Shown here: positions 45,778 through 56,547 of the stretch, piece by piece
Position numbering within the stretch: position 1 is the first letter of the stretch
Layout of the letters: each line of letters starts with the position of its first letter
Origin: an uncultured bacterium
GTDB lineage: Bacteria; Patescibacteriota; Minisyncoccia; Phycocordibacterales; PALSA-1337
DNA: 64,000 bases
Direction of reading: 5' to 3'
NCBI GenBank assembly: GCA_903825415.1
Contig: CAIKAN010000028.1
Span: 3,474 to 67,473, forward strand
Made by a program: the position numbers and the translations under genes
The notes under the pieces: model-generated
Database searches by the model: none
Told to the model about the DNA's origin: nothing
What the model saw: the letters and a program-made list of their open reading frames with translations, nothing else

Positions 45778-47364
45778 CTACAATTTGAGACCGTCTAAGA
45801 CACCCCAGACTTCTTTTCCCAGACCAAAACCCTCTGTATTCTGCCCGACCAAAGGTGTGGATGCCTCCGAAGTCTCTTCTATCGACTGTGGCGGTTCAGG
45901 ATCTGATGGTGTCGTTACGGTTTTGGTCAACTGTAGAAGCAACTTTTTCTCATACACCTTTGCTAGCGCTTCCACATGAGCCACTGTTGGACTACTCATC
46001 CCTGACTCCCAAAGCGCTCGATTGGCCAGCTCCTTTGGATCTGTCCACTGAACGAGGTCCACCCTTTTATTCTCCTGTTGTTTTCCATTCAGGGTGACGC
46101 TTTTGATCTTTCCCATCGTTCCTTTGTCTCCAAAAGGAATCTGACACTTTGAAGGATGGCCTCGGAACCACTCACCGTAGCTCCATTCGCCTCTCCTGCT
46201 ACCTGTCTTTCCCACGATAACCAAGACGTCGTTTTGTCCCGGCATTTCAAGAATGGGCAAGAGGTCGTTAGTGCCGCAACTGACGCGGACGAATCCTTCT
46301 GGTGCAGTCGGGATTTCGTTCAGGCGGCTTTGCAGCCACTTGTATTCATCAGGCGACAGACGCTCGCCTTTGACAAAGTAAACGATCTCCTTGCATTTTC
46401 CATCGTCGTCATAACGATCTTCGGCGGTGCTCGTCAACACACCCTGTGTTTCGATGAACAGTTGCCAGAGATGATCGAGGCGGTCTTGGCGGATCTTTTC
46501 CGCACCGAACACCAACCGTTCCAATTCCGAGATATCCTCTTTATTGAACCGATAGAAGCGTTCGCGTTTTCCCGGCCAATTCTTCTCGTAACGGATGGTA
46601 TGGGCCGATTTTAACCCTGGAGACATCGGGAAATAACTGATGTCTCCGTTTATTTCTCCACCCAATGTCTCAAATATCAGGCCATAGTGGCCATTGGGAC
46701 ATGAATGGTCTCTCAGTGCTGTCCCATCTCTCCTGGCCACTTCCTCCAACCGCGCCATGAACTGCTGGCGCAGGGGAAAGACTTCTGCTTCGGTTTGGAG
46801 AAATTTCTCAACCTCTTCGAGAGGTGCGACCCATAGCCGGCTTTCTAATTTGCCTCGTATGCGCTCTTTCCTAAGAAGAAATGCTGCGGCGTTGCCAAAA
46901 GCGAGCAGGGTATTGGTCTCCACATCTGAGTTCGGAGTGTCACTGAGGACTTCCGAAATCACTGCACCCCATGATGGGTTGCCGGATTCAGACGCGCACT
47001 CAACGATCCCGAGTCCGGGAATACCGTACTGGCCAAGAAGGCGAGTAACCTTGCCCAAGTATGATTGCTTGGCGCTCTCGCGCTCCTCCTGCACAGCTTT
47101 GACCGTATCATTCCGACGCTCAGCAAGGATGCCTCGCCCTTCGTCGAGCACCTTTCTGAGAGTTTCTGGTTCCGCGTCCGGGATGATCATTCCGCCTTTT
47201 GACAAGACGATCCCAAACTTACGGAACTCATCGGGTGCGATTTCGTAGTTACCTACGAATGTACCACCCTTCTTTGCGGCGGCGATTGAACCGCCCCACA
47301 GATATTTTGCGAACGATTCGTTCGCAACAATAACATCCGTGGTAATTTTTTCAAATTTCGGCAT
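45778..47364 (-). CDS. hypothetical protein, 528 aa
   Basis: Long ORF with GGAGG SD upstream. Confidence 0.8.
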   Translation of the reverse strand: MPKFEKITTDVIVANESFAKYLWGGSIAAAKKGGTFVGNYEIAPDEFRKFGIVLSKGGMIIPDAEPETLRKVLDEGRGILAERRNDTVKAVQEERESAKQSYLGKVTRLLGQYGIPGLGIVECASESGNPSWGAVISEVLSDTPNSDVETNTLLAFGNAAAFLLRKERIRGKLESRLWVAPLEEVEKFLQTEAEVFPLRQQFMARLEEVARRDGTALRDHSCPNGHYGLIFETLGGEINGDISYFPMSPGLKSAHTIRYEKNWPGKRERFYRFNKEDISELERLVFGAEKIRQDRLDHLWQLFIETQGVLTSTAEDRYDDDGKCKEIVYFVKGERLSPDEYKWLQSRLNEIPTAPEGFVRVSCGTNDLLPILEMPGQNDVLVIVGKTGSRRGEWSYGEWFRGHPSKCQIPFGDKGTMGKIKSVTLNGKQQENKRVDLVQWTDPKELANRALWESGMSSPTVAHVEALAKVYEKKLLLQLTKTVTTPSDPEPPQSIEETSEASTPLVGQNTEGFGLGKEVWGVLDGLKL

Positions 47365-47612
47365 ATAGCCTTTCCACCTCCTCCCAGCATCTTTGATGGA
47401 AGAGATTGTTCTGTTGTCGGGATGCTCCGACTGTTGTTGACTAACTGATCAACCCGCGATTCCTATCGTGGGCTGAAAAAGTTTGGTGAATGTCCGCATA
47501 CATTCACCATTGGGAACCGCATTATGCATCAAGCGGGATGCAAGAGGTTTTTTCAATGAGTCCTTCTAAACTCATAAATGTTTTCAGCGTGTACATTCAA
47601 CGTCTCGTTTCT

Positions 47613-48146
47613 TTAGCCTGCGATCTGACCGAGCAGGTGGCGGTACACCATAGCTGCTACCGCCGAATCGTAGAGGGGATTATGCGTCCCACCCTCGAAC
47701 TCGCCGACGGACAGATTGTGTTTCTTCACATATCCATCCACCGAGGTCGCATCCTCGCCTGCCTGTTGCAGGTTTCCGCTTACATCGTAGAGCGGGTAGG
47801 GTGCATCCCAGTCGCCAATGAGCTTCTGGGTGTGCATGTCGCGAAGAACTTTCGTCTCTACGATGTAGCCCATGTGAACGACCACATCGGCTCCCTCCTT
47901 GTTGGCTTTGTAGAAGGCCGCGAAGGCAGCGAGGAGTGCCTCGTACGTGTCGTGGGTCACGGGGATGTTTGCGATCTTGGGGAGGACGTTCTCCTTGACC
48001 CAAGGGTCGGTGACTTCCGTGTCCGGGAGCCGTCCGACAAACCGAGCGATTTCGGAGCCTTTCTCGTCATAGACGAGCGCACCGATGGCGAACGCCCGTC
48101 CCCACAGCCCGTTTGTTTCGGCGTCAAAACTAAACAATGTCTTCAT
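47613..48146 (-). CDS. DEDDh-type 3'-5' exonuclease family protein
   Basis: FSFDAETNG (ExoI) and HNPLYDS (ExoIII). Confidence 0.75.
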   Translation of the reverse strand: MKTLFSFDAETNGLWGRAFAIGALVYDEKGSEIARFVGRLPDTEVTDPWVKENVLPKIANIPVTHDTYEALLAAFAAFYKANKEGADVVVHMGYIVETKVLRDMHTQKLIGDWDAPYPLYDVSGNLQQAGEDATSVDGYVKKHNLSVGEFEGGTHNPLYDSAVAAMVYRHLLGQIAG

Positions 48147-48515
48147 ACTGTAATTCCATTTCTTTTCCTGATTTTTCCGCCGGAATCGCGGTCAAGCCAT
48201 CATGCTCCTGCGTTAGGTTTCACGCAGAAACAGGTTGCTGCCAGACAAGCAACACCGGACAAGAGCCGAAGCTCCACATGCGAGCTGATGGTTGAAACAA
48301 TCTTCTTGAACACCTCCTTTGAAGAGAGATGCTCAAGATACTGTTCCAACGATAAACACCTATGTTATGAACAAAGGCTCTACCGACCGCCGAGATCTCT
48401 CTCAGCAAGCGGATAAAGTCCAGCACCGATCTTTCGATGGTGCTGGGAATTAATGAACGCCGCAGCGTTCATTGTGATGGTGATCAAGCAACTATGAGCC
48501 TGCGGGCTCACTGGA

Positions 48516-49238
48516 CTATTCGCTGGAGTAGAGCAGTGCCTCGAGCTGCCCTATGGTTTTGGCTTTTTCCGATGCGTACTGAGGATTGCCGAGCCAACCG
48601 AGACTCGGGTCCTTCCAGATGGAAAGAGCGACCGACCCTCCAGCGTTTGGAGAATCATTCTCCAGTGATTCCGCGAAATCCGCCGCGGGGCGAATCTCTT
48701 CGGAGACGAGACGGTTGAGTAGGTGACCAAGGTCACCCAGGGCGGCCATGAGGCCATCCCAAATCTGGGTGTGTCTCTTGGCCGATTTGAGGGAGACGAT
48801 GCCCTCAATGTAGTCGTTGAAGTCTCCGGCGCCGTCGTCTTTCTCGCCTTTCTTGGCGCAGAGGGAGAGTCGGAATCCGTATTCGTCTTCCAAGGAGGTG
48901 ACGATGTCTTTGATGGGCACGCCGGCTCGGATTTTCGACGACAGGCCGTCGAAGGTCATGTGGCCGATGGTCACCTGACCTTTCAATACGGCCACCTCGC
49001 CGGGAAAGTTGCCCCTCCCGGCGATTGGATTCCAGAACTTATATCCGCTGTCGGTCTTGTAGACCTCTTCATGGATATCGAGCCTGATGGTGGAATTCAA
49101 GTTGCACTTTTTGGCCCACGCACGGACGATCTTCTCGTCCGCCGAACCCCACTTTCCATCTCGTTCAATGGCGACATCGATGTCGCCTGCGGCCGTCGTA
49201 GAAACAGAACTGCCGAATATTACAATGATTCTTGCCAT
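48516..49238 (-). CDS. nucleotidyltransferase-domain protein
   Basis: IIVIFGSS...GDIDVAI (hGS..DhD) and a later RLDIH. Confidence 0.72.
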   Translation of the reverse strand: MARIIVIFGSSVSTTAAGDIDVAIERDGKWGSADEKIVRAWAKKCNLNSTIRLDIHEEVYKTDSGYKFWNPIAGRGNFPGEVAVLKGQVTIGHMTFDGLSSKIRAGVPIKDIVTSLEDEYGFRLSLCAKKGEKDDGAGDFNDYIEGIVSLKSAKRHTQIWDGLMAALGDLGHLLNRLVSEEIRPAADFAESLENDSPNAGGSVALSIWKDPSLGWLGNPQYASEKAKTIGQLEALLYSSE

Positions 49239-49542
49239 AAGTACTCTTTGATTTTTGTTGTTGATGTTTAACTGCGGATTTCAAACCTGAATGATCAGGC
49301 CTAAAATCCGTAGTTAAAATTTGTAACAACAAATAGCTATGGCAGAACGATTAGACTTACGAACACGGTCGAATCACTCTACCGGATGCCGAGATCTTCC
49401 TCAACGGCCGGATAAAGTGGAGAAGTGACCATACTTTAATGAACACTTCTCCGACATTCATCAAAGGCAAGAGCTCGCAATACCGCTCTTGCTGTTAACC
49501 AAAGAACCATTTGCGCATTGCGATACGCACCCCGGAAAGGGA

Positions 49543-49779
49543 CTATTTGAGCAGGGCGGTCAGCTCGCTAGCCGCCTCACCACCACCGTTGTGATCGAGC
49601 CATTCGACCACCCGGTCGAACACTTCGCGAGGCACCGTAACAGGCGCCACCGCCTTCGCCCATCCGGCTGCCAATTGGTTCCCAAACTGCCGGAGAGTTT
49701 GCGGGTCGACCACCTCGGCGACCCCGAAGCTGCCGTCAGCCGCTCCAGTTTCCCGGAGAATTTTTGTTGTGATCATCAA
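49543..49779 (-). CDS. hypothetical protein
   Basis: 78 aa ORF co-oriented with the island genes. Confidence 0.55.
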   Translation of the reverse strand: MMITTKILRETGAADGSFGVAEVVDPQTLRQFGNQLAAGWAKAVAPVTVPREVFDRVVEWLDHNGGGEAASELTALLK

Positions 49780-50100
49780 CTCTCATTCACCACACGGCGG
49801 TGAGACTCTTTGATCATTCAAACTACAGCTCGCACTTGCGAGCAAATCAAATAGTAGAAGCTCCAGATGGCCTTCTACTATAGGGGATCTTGCGACCCCT
49901 CTTGTCTTGCCGACCTAGAAGCCCAGTATGCTTCAAGTCAGCAGTAAAAGAGGGGTAACATTTTGACTCTACTGTTTTCGTCCTTTAGGACTCATCAGTC
50001 GGGATACGCATCCCGAGAACAGTGGGGGAGATGGATTGAACATCTCCCCGTCACGATCTAAAAAGAACTATTTTTTGCCAGTGTGGCGGTGACGGGAGTT

Positions 50101-50367
50101 CTATAGATAATGTTCTTTTCTGTAGAACTCTTCGGTAGCGTAGGATATTCTCCCCATTCCTACCTCCACTTGGTAACGGGCGTGTGCTCGTCCCAGATCC
50201 CACCTGAGGGTGGAATCCAACCTTGCCTTCTTCCTCAGGATTGCGTGACGCAGTCCTGAGATCCATGTGGTCGCTGCCCACATGATGGCCCAAACAGCCG
50301 CCATGATAGCAACCATCGCCACCAGCCCCATCAAACCACCGACGAAAGCTTTAAATAGCATGAACAT
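50101..50367 (-). CDS. small membrane protein
   Basis: ATG 50367 with GAGGAG SD; one TM helix. Confidence 0.6.
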   Translation of the reverse strand: MFMLFKAFVGGLMGLVAMVAIMAAVWAIMWAATTWISGLRHAILRKKARLDSTLRWDLGRAHARYQVEVGMGRISYATEEFYRKEHYL

Positions 50368-51026
50368 AACTTTTCTCCTCCCAGTATTATTCGGCATACT
50401 GGAGCCGTTTTGAAGATGTTTGAATGCCGGCACATCTTCGTAAGCCGGAAGACTTCCGCTATACTTATTCGTATAGTCTTTTGCTAGGATCACTACCCAG
50501 GCTACTCGCCTAGGAATTATGCGACCCCTCTTGTCTTGCCGACCTAGAAGTATTTTACGCTATCGGTCAGCACGACGAAGAGGAATAACATTGCAGAACT
50601 ATTTGTTCCGCGTTTTCCCATTCAAGGAAATGCAAAGCATCTCGCTTGAACTTTATCTTCGCTATTCTACTGTCAAACATCATCCTTGTCTTTTACCTTC
50701 ACTTTCCTTCTTCGCATAAAGCCTTGAAGGACTTCAGGTCACAAGGACATTTCCGTCAAGAAAGCATACCTTCTTGTCTAGTCTGTCCTCACGACTGCGG
50801 ATTTTCAAAAGGGAAGTGATGTCGTCTTGCCATCATAGTTCGATGAAATCACTATAATAAACAAAAGCGGTCCATATATCCCTTCAAATCAAATAGAGAA
50901 GAGATATATAGACCGCCTTTCTTGTGATGAGCATATCAATAATGCCCCAAAGCGATGTTATAGGACTCTCCTCTAAGAAAATCCATGTATTCGTTTGTTA
51001 TGTACATACCGTACTCTGACTCATAT

Positions 51027-51055
51027 AGTCTAGCATACCCTGTACAAACTGTCAA
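51027..51055 (-). promoter_or_regulatory. promoter facing into the minus-strand island
   Basis: Minus strand reads TTGACA, 17 bp, (TGc)TAGACT. Confidence 0.6.
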
Positions 51056-51470
51056 GTATATTTCATTATGTTTATGTAGTCATGAGAGTATGGCTCAGAA
51101 TATGGGTATTTTGAGAGGCCTATTTCATATTCTCTTGAGCATTTTTTTGTGGTTGTTGAAATAGGTTGCATCTCCATGAATTTTCTCCGCCAATCGGCGG
51201 ATTCAAATTCCCCTTCTTCGCTCCTCGTGGTTCGACTAGCTCACCACAAGTTACCTCGGAGCTTCGCAGGGCAAGCAAATTCCAATTTTCAATCAAATTT
51301 CAATGAAATAATCTCCAATCGATCGGTCATGGTTCTTTCTAATGAAAATTTGAGACTTGTAAATTGATTGAAAATTGGAATTTGAAAATTGGTCATTCGA
51401 CCATATTCAACACACAGCCTTTTGGTTACCAGACGGATTTGTAGTCTAAATATATGTTATAATCTGACAA

Positions 51471-53417
51471 ATGCTTCCCGAGAATAAAAGCAGCATCGAG
51501 GAACTGAAGAATTCCTTGTATTCGAGGAATGCGCCGGAGGTGCGCACTAGGAGGAAGCTTCGATATGCAGATATCAAGGACGATGTACAGAAGGGATGGG
51601 AGCCTCCCAAGGAAGAAAAGCCCCCGGAACCGGTCGCCGCGCCGGAAGCGAGAGTAAGCGGACACCCTATGTCATTTTTCACAAAGATATTCATCGGTTC
51701 GATCTTCTTCTTCATTGCAGCAGTGGGGATTGGCCTCTATCTTTTCTTGAACGGCGCCAATCTGATCTCTGCCAATAATATAGACATCTCAGTGAGCGGT
51801 CCGGTATCTGTGCCTGGAGGCACGCCGGTCACATTCAATGTGATGGTGACAAATAACAACAGCGTCGATCTTCAGTTGGCCGATCTACGCATCGATTTTC
51901 CGGCCGGCACGACGGATCCCAAGGACCCGACTCAAGATTTTTCTACATACAAACAGCTGATAGGCGATATACCGGCCGGAGGCAGCGTCAAACGCACGGT
52001 GCAAGCGATAGTTTTTGGAGAGGAGAATATGCAAAAACAAGTGATGGTCTCGCTCTCTTACAACGTCAAGGGATCTTCTTCCATATTCACCAAGGAGAAG
52101 TCGTATGACATCCTCATCAATTCCTCGCCAGTGACTCTGGCGGTCGATTCCTTCAAGGAAGTGTCTTCGGGACAAGAATTCGATATGAAGGTCAGCGTTA
52201 GATCGAATTCTCAGGACGTTCTGAAGAATGTGCTATTGACTGCCACTTATCCTTTCGGTTTCAGCTATATATCCTCTGATCTAAAGCCTCTATCAGACAA
52301 TGCTACGTGGCGTATCGGCGATATACCGGCTGGCAGAGAGCGCACGATCACTATACATGGAAAGCTCACTGGAGTTGATCAGGATAATCGCAGTTTCCAT
52401 TTTTCCGTAGGTTCGCAGAGCTCGCGCAATCAGAATGCGATAGGCACGGAGTTCATGTCTGCCGATCAAGAGGTGGCTCTAAAGAAGCCGTTCATGACTA
52501 TAGGGTTGTCCGTCAACGGCGATAAGCAGCAGACAAGCGATGCTATTGGGCAATTCAATCAACCCATATCTATGGAAGTATCTTGGTTCAATAATCTGCC
52601 GACGGCGATATCAGATGCAGAGATAGTCGTGAAGCTGTCCGGCTCAGCCTATGACAAGACCATGGTCCAACAAAATGAAGGGTATTTCCGCTCATCGACT
52701 GATGAGATGGTCTGGAATCAGCAGTCTACTCCGGTATTGGCGTCTATAGGTGCTGGACAGGGAGGCAAGGTCAATTTCTCTATCACCCCGCGCGATCTAG
52801 GTGCATCTGGCAGGCCTCTGGTCAATCCGACAGTTTCATTCACCGCCAATGTGACCGCAAAACATACGCAGGAATCAGGAGTCGCGGAATCTCTAGCTTC
52901 AGCTGCGGCTCGAAATGTCAGGATATCGTCGTCGGTATCGTTGTCGGGACAGGTGGTCAGAACCATTGGCCCATTCGTAAATACCGGGCCCGTTCCTCCG
53001 AAGACCGATCAGAAGACCACTTATACTATCGTCTGGTCTCTGGATAATACTGTCAACCCTGTAGAAAACGGTCAGGTGACTGCGACCTTGCCTCTCGGTG
53101 TCAAGTGGCTGAATGTGATCAGTCCGACGACTGAAGATTTGAGCTATGACGAAAGCACGGGTATAGTCACTTGGAATACAGGTGCTCTGGGTACGAATAT
53201 CGCTGCAAGCGGTTCACGCAAGCAGGCTTCTTTCCAGGTGTCATTCGAGCCGAATTCAAACATGGTCGGAAGCGCCCCAACTCTTATCAATGATGCGACA
53301 TTCACCGGAACAGATTCATACACAGGCGCCAATCTGATGAGTAAGCAGACTTATCTGACGACTAGCTTCAGTACGGATCCGGCATTCAAGGATGGGGACC
53401 AGAGAGTGGGGAATTGA
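51471..53417 (+). CDS. membrane-anchored protein with Ig-like/DUF11-like beta domains
   Basis: TM helix near aa 70-92; repeated beta-rich modules; GPVPPKTDQKTTYTIVW. Confidence 0.75.
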   Translation: MLPENKSSIEELKNSLYSRNAPEVRTRRKLRYADIKDDVQKGWEPPKEEKPPEPVAAPEARVSGHPMSFFTKIFIGSIFFFIAAVGIGLYLFLNGANLISANNIDISVSGPVSVPGGTPVTFNVMVTNNNSVDLQLADLRIDFPAGTTDPKDPTQDFSTYKQLIGDIPAGGSVKRTVQAIVFGEENMQKQVMVSLSYNVKGSSSIFTKEKSYDILINSSPVTLAVDSFKEVSSGQEFDMKVSVRSNSQDVLKNVLLTATYPFGFSYISSDLKPLSDNATWRIGDIPAGRERTITIHGKLTGVDQDNRSFHFSVGSQSSRNQNAIGTEFMSADQEVALKKPFMTIGLSVNGDKQQTSDAIGQFNQPISMEVSWFNNLPTAISDAEIVVKLSGSAYDKTMVQQNEGYFRSSTDEMVWNQQSTPVLASIGAGQGGKVNFSITPRDLGASGRPLVNPTVSFTANVTAKHTQESGVAESLASAAARNVRISSSVSLSGQVVRTIGPFVNTGPVPPKTDQKTTYTIVWSLDNTVNPVENGQVTATLPLGVKWLNVISPTTEDLSYDESTGIVTWNTGALGTNIAASGSRKQASFQVSFEPNSNMVGSAPTLINDATFTGTDSYTGANLMSKQTYLTTSFSTDPAFKDGDQRVGN

Positions 53418-53441
53418 TAGAAAAAATTAATATAGTAAATT

Positions 53442-53550
53442 ACTCCGCTCCCTCCTCGGCGCGACGAAGTGCCTTCGTTTGGCTACGCTACGCTCCGCCA
53501 AAGTCGCCACTTGTCGCCGCCTGCGACGGTCGCGGCTGACGAGATTCATT
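53442..53550 (-). repeat. repeat family B copy
   Basis: Reverse complement of 27806-27918. Confidence 0.9.
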
Positions 53551-53586
53551 TTTGGTAATTATGCGGTTTTAGTATAGAATACCCTC

Positions 53587-54972
53587 ATGTCTAACCAAAC
53601 CAAACCCGATCTCATGGAATCTTTGATTTCGCTATGTAAGAGGCGCGGCTTCATCTTTCAAGGTTCCGATATATATGGCGGTTTGGCAGGTACTTGGGAT
53701 TATGGTCCGCTCGGTGTAGCTATAAAGAACAATATCAAGAAGCTGTGGTGGAAGCGTTTTGTAGATGATCGTGACGATATGTTCGGCATGGATGCCGCCA
53801 TACTCATGAATCAGAATGTCTGGAGGGCTAGCGGCCATGTAGCCGGCTTTTCTGATCCTCTGGTCGAATGCAAGAAATGCAAGAACCGTTTCCGATTCGA
53901 TCAATTGCCGGGGGTGACTATGGCAAAGAATGCCGAAGGCAAGAATTCATGGCAGATGTCCAAGGAGACTGTCTGTCCGAGCTGTGGTTCAGAGGGTTCG
54001 AAGTTCCTGAGCGAGCCGCGCGATTTCAATATGATGTTCCAGACTCATGTCGGAGCGGTTCAGGATGATTCTTCTATCTCATATTTGCGCCCGGAGACGG
54101 CCCAAGGCATGTTCGTGAATTTCAAGAATATCATGGATTCGCAGCATCCCAAGCTGCCATTCGGCATGGCCCAGATCGGCAAAGCCTTCAGAAACGAGAT
54201 CGCGCCGCGCGATTTCCTATTCAGGGTCAGGGAATTCGAGCAGATGGAGATCGAGTATTTCGTCCATCCGAAGGAGTGGGAGAAGGTCTTCGAGGATTTC
54301 AGATCGGAGACCAAAGCCTTCTTTTCAGATCTAGGATTGGGTATGTCCAAAGTCCATGAATTGGAAGTGCCAGATGGCGAGCGCGCTCATTACTCCAAGA
54401 GGACTATAGATTTTGAATTTGATTTCCCATTCGGCCGGAAAGAATTGAGCGGTCTGGCATACAGGACAGATTTTGACCTGAAGCAGCATTCGGAATTCAG
54501 CAAGGTCGATCTCTCATATTACGATGAAGCGAACAAGGAGAGATTCCTGCCGCATTGCATTGAGCCGTCGTTCGGATTGGATCGGGCGGTCTTGGCGGTT
54601 TTGGCGGATTCGTATACCGAAGATAGTCTTGGCGGAGAGACTAGAGTCTATCTCAAACTTTCGCCGGCTGTGGCGCCATTCAAGGTGGCAGTTTTTCCGC
54701 TCCTCAGGAATAAGCCCGAGCTGATCAAGAAAGCAGAAGAGATCTTCAAGGCTATAAAGAAAGAGATACCCGCAGCGACCTTCGATGATAATGGCAATAT
54801 CGGCAAGCGCTATCGCCGCCAAGACGAGATAGGTACTCCTTATTGTGTGACTATCGACTTTGATACGATCGAGAAGGGCGCAGGCGTTACAGTCAGGGAT
54901 AGGGATAGCGGGAAGCAGGAGCGCGTCGGTGAAAAAGAGCTTGTGGCGTATTTGAAGTCGAAAATTAATTAA
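53587..54972 (+). CDS. glyQS: glycine--tRNA ligase (single-subunit type)
   Basis: LCKRRGF, YLRPETAQG, FRVREFEQME, IEPSFG, IGKRYRRQDEIGTP. Confidence 0.96.
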   Translation: MSNQTKPDLMESLISLCKRRGFIFQGSDIYGGLAGTWDYGPLGVAIKNNIKKLWWKRFVDDRDDMFGMDAAILMNQNVWRASGHVAGFSDPLVECKKCKNRFRFDQLPGVTMAKNAEGKNSWQMSKETVCPSCGSEGSKFLSEPRDFNMMFQTHVGAVQDDSSISYLRPETAQGMFVNFKNIMDSQHPKLPFGMAQIGKAFRNEIAPRDFLFRVREFEQMEIEYFVHPKEWEKVFEDFRSETKAFFSDLGLGMSKVHELEVPDGERAHYSKRTIDFEFDFPFGRKELSGLAYRTDFDLKQHSEFSKVDLSYYDEANKERFLPHCIEPSFGLDRAVLAVLADSYTEDSLGGETRVYLKLSPAVAPFKVAVFPLLRNKPELIKKAEEIFKAIKKEIPAATFDDNGNIGKRYRRQDEIGTPYCVTIDFDTIEKGAGVTVRDRDSGKQERVGEKELVAYLKSKIN

Positions 54973-54982
54973 ATGCAAAATC

Positions 54983-55104
54983 ACCCCGCTCCCTCCTCGG
55001 CGCGACGAAATGCCTTCGTTTGGCTCCTCCGCCAGCCGGCGGATCCGCCAAAGTCGCCATTTGTCGCCGCCTGCGACGGTCGCGGCTAACGCAATTCGTC
55101 ATTT
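54983..55104 (-). repeat. repeat family B copy with a nested ccgccagccggcgg palindrome
   Basis: Reverse complement of 27806-27918. Confidence 0.9.
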
Positions 55105-55159
55105 TTGCATTTTACATTGTCATTTTCCATTTTGATTTTTACATTTTACATTAACAAAC

Positions 55160-56434
55160 ATGCAATTCAAAAAGACCACCCTCAAGAACGGCTTGCGCGT
55201 TATAACCGTGCCGATGGCTGATAATCCTTCGGTGACTATACTTGTGGTGGTCGAAGCTGGCTCGGAATATGAGACCAAGGAGCTTAATGGCATCTCGCAT
55301 TTCTTGGAGCATATGGTCTTCAAGGGGACGACGAAAAGGCCCAAAGCGATCGATATCTCGAGAGAGCTGGATGGGATCGGGGCCATATATAACGCATTCA
55401 CCTCTGCAGAATTCACTGGGTACTATGCCAAGGCTGATTCCAAGCGCGTGGACGATATCTTGGATGTGGTCTCTGATATGTATCTCGATCCTCTATTCGA
55501 TGAAGCAGAGATGGAAAGAGAGAAGGGTGTCATTGTCGAGGAGATACGCATGTATCGCGATCTGCCGCAGAGACATGTACAGGATGTATTCACTGCTTTG
55601 TTGTATGGAGAACAACCAGCCGGCCGGCATGTTGTAGGAACAGAAGCGAATGTAAGATCATTCTCTCGCGAAGCCCTGGTCAAATATCGTAAAGAGCGAT
55701 ATGTGAGCTATACGACCACGGTCATGGTGGCGGGTTCTTTTGATGAGGCTGAAATGATAAAAAAGATCGAAAGGACTTTTTGTTCGATCTCTCCTGAAAA
55801 GGCGGAAAATAAATCCCAGGTGACTGAGAGCCAGAAGTCGCCAGCGATAAGCATAGAATTCAAAGAGACGGATCAAACCCATCTGGTCATCGGGGTCCGC
55901 ACCTTTCCCGTCACTGACAGAAGGATGCCGGCGATGTCTGTGCTATCAACCCTGCTCGGCCATGGCATGAGCTCGAGGCTATTTTCCAAGATGAGAGACG
56001 AGTTGGGCATCTGCTATTATATCAAGGCTGACGACGACCCATCGACTGATCATGGCTCATTCTCTATCTCCGCAGGAGTTGATAATTCTAGGATAGAAGA
56101 AGGTATCAGGGGTATTCTGGCTGAATGCGATAGGCTCAAGAAGGAGCTGGTATCGGAAAGCGAGCTCAAGAAGGTCAAGGACTATATCGCCGGTACGACC
56201 ATTCTCGGTCTGGAGACATCAGAGGCGCGTGCGGAATTCTTTGGTCTGCAGGAGGTCTTGAAGAAGGACATCGAAAGCCTGGACGAATTGATCGCCAAGA
56301 TCAATAGCGTGACAGCGGAAGATGTGCGCGACTTGGCTAGGTCTATATTTGTAAATGAGAACTTGAATATGGCGCTCATCGGTAGGGTTAAGGATGATTC
56401 GATATTCAAAGTGTATTTCAGATTCAGTGACTAG
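55160..56434 (+). CDS. M16 family zinc peptidase
   Basis: HFLEHMVFKGT, NAFTS, SSRLFSKMRDELG. Confidence 0.93.
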   Translation: MQFKKTTLKNGLRVITVPMADNPSVTILVVVEAGSEYETKELNGISHFLEHMVFKGTTKRPKAIDISRELDGIGAIYNAFTSAEFTGYYAKADSKRVDDILDVVSDMYLDPLFDEAEMEREKGVIVEEIRMYRDLPQRHVQDVFTALLYGEQPAGRHVVGTEANVRSFSREALVKYRKERYVSYTTTVMVAGSFDEAEMIKKIERTFCSISPEKAENKSQVTESQKSPAISIEFKETDQTHLVIGVRTFPVTDRRMPAMSVLSTLLGHGMSSRLFSKMRDELGICYYIKADDDPSTDHGSFSISAGVDNSRIEEGIRGILAECDRLKKELVSESELKKVKDYIAGTTILGLETSEARAEFFGLQEVLKKDIESLDELIAKINSVTAEDVRDLARSIFVNENLNMALIGRVKDDSIFKVYFRFSD

Positions 56435-56500
56435 CCACTAGTGATTAGCTAATAGTCTTTGCTTCTGGCGTTTCACTAGTGGCTAATCACTAGTGGCTAG
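56431..56500. repeat. inverted repeat CTAGCCACTAGTG family
   Basis: 56431-56449 is the reverse complement of 56482-56500; related to 57659-57682. Confidence 0.8.
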
Positions 56501-56547
56501 GACCTAACTCGTTGGACTAATTTTACTTACGGTATTATACTCAAACC

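Noticed and set aside
47490-48416. 308 aa plus-strand ORF
   Set aside because: Antisense to the DEDDh exonuclease gene, which has the motifs and matches the island orientation
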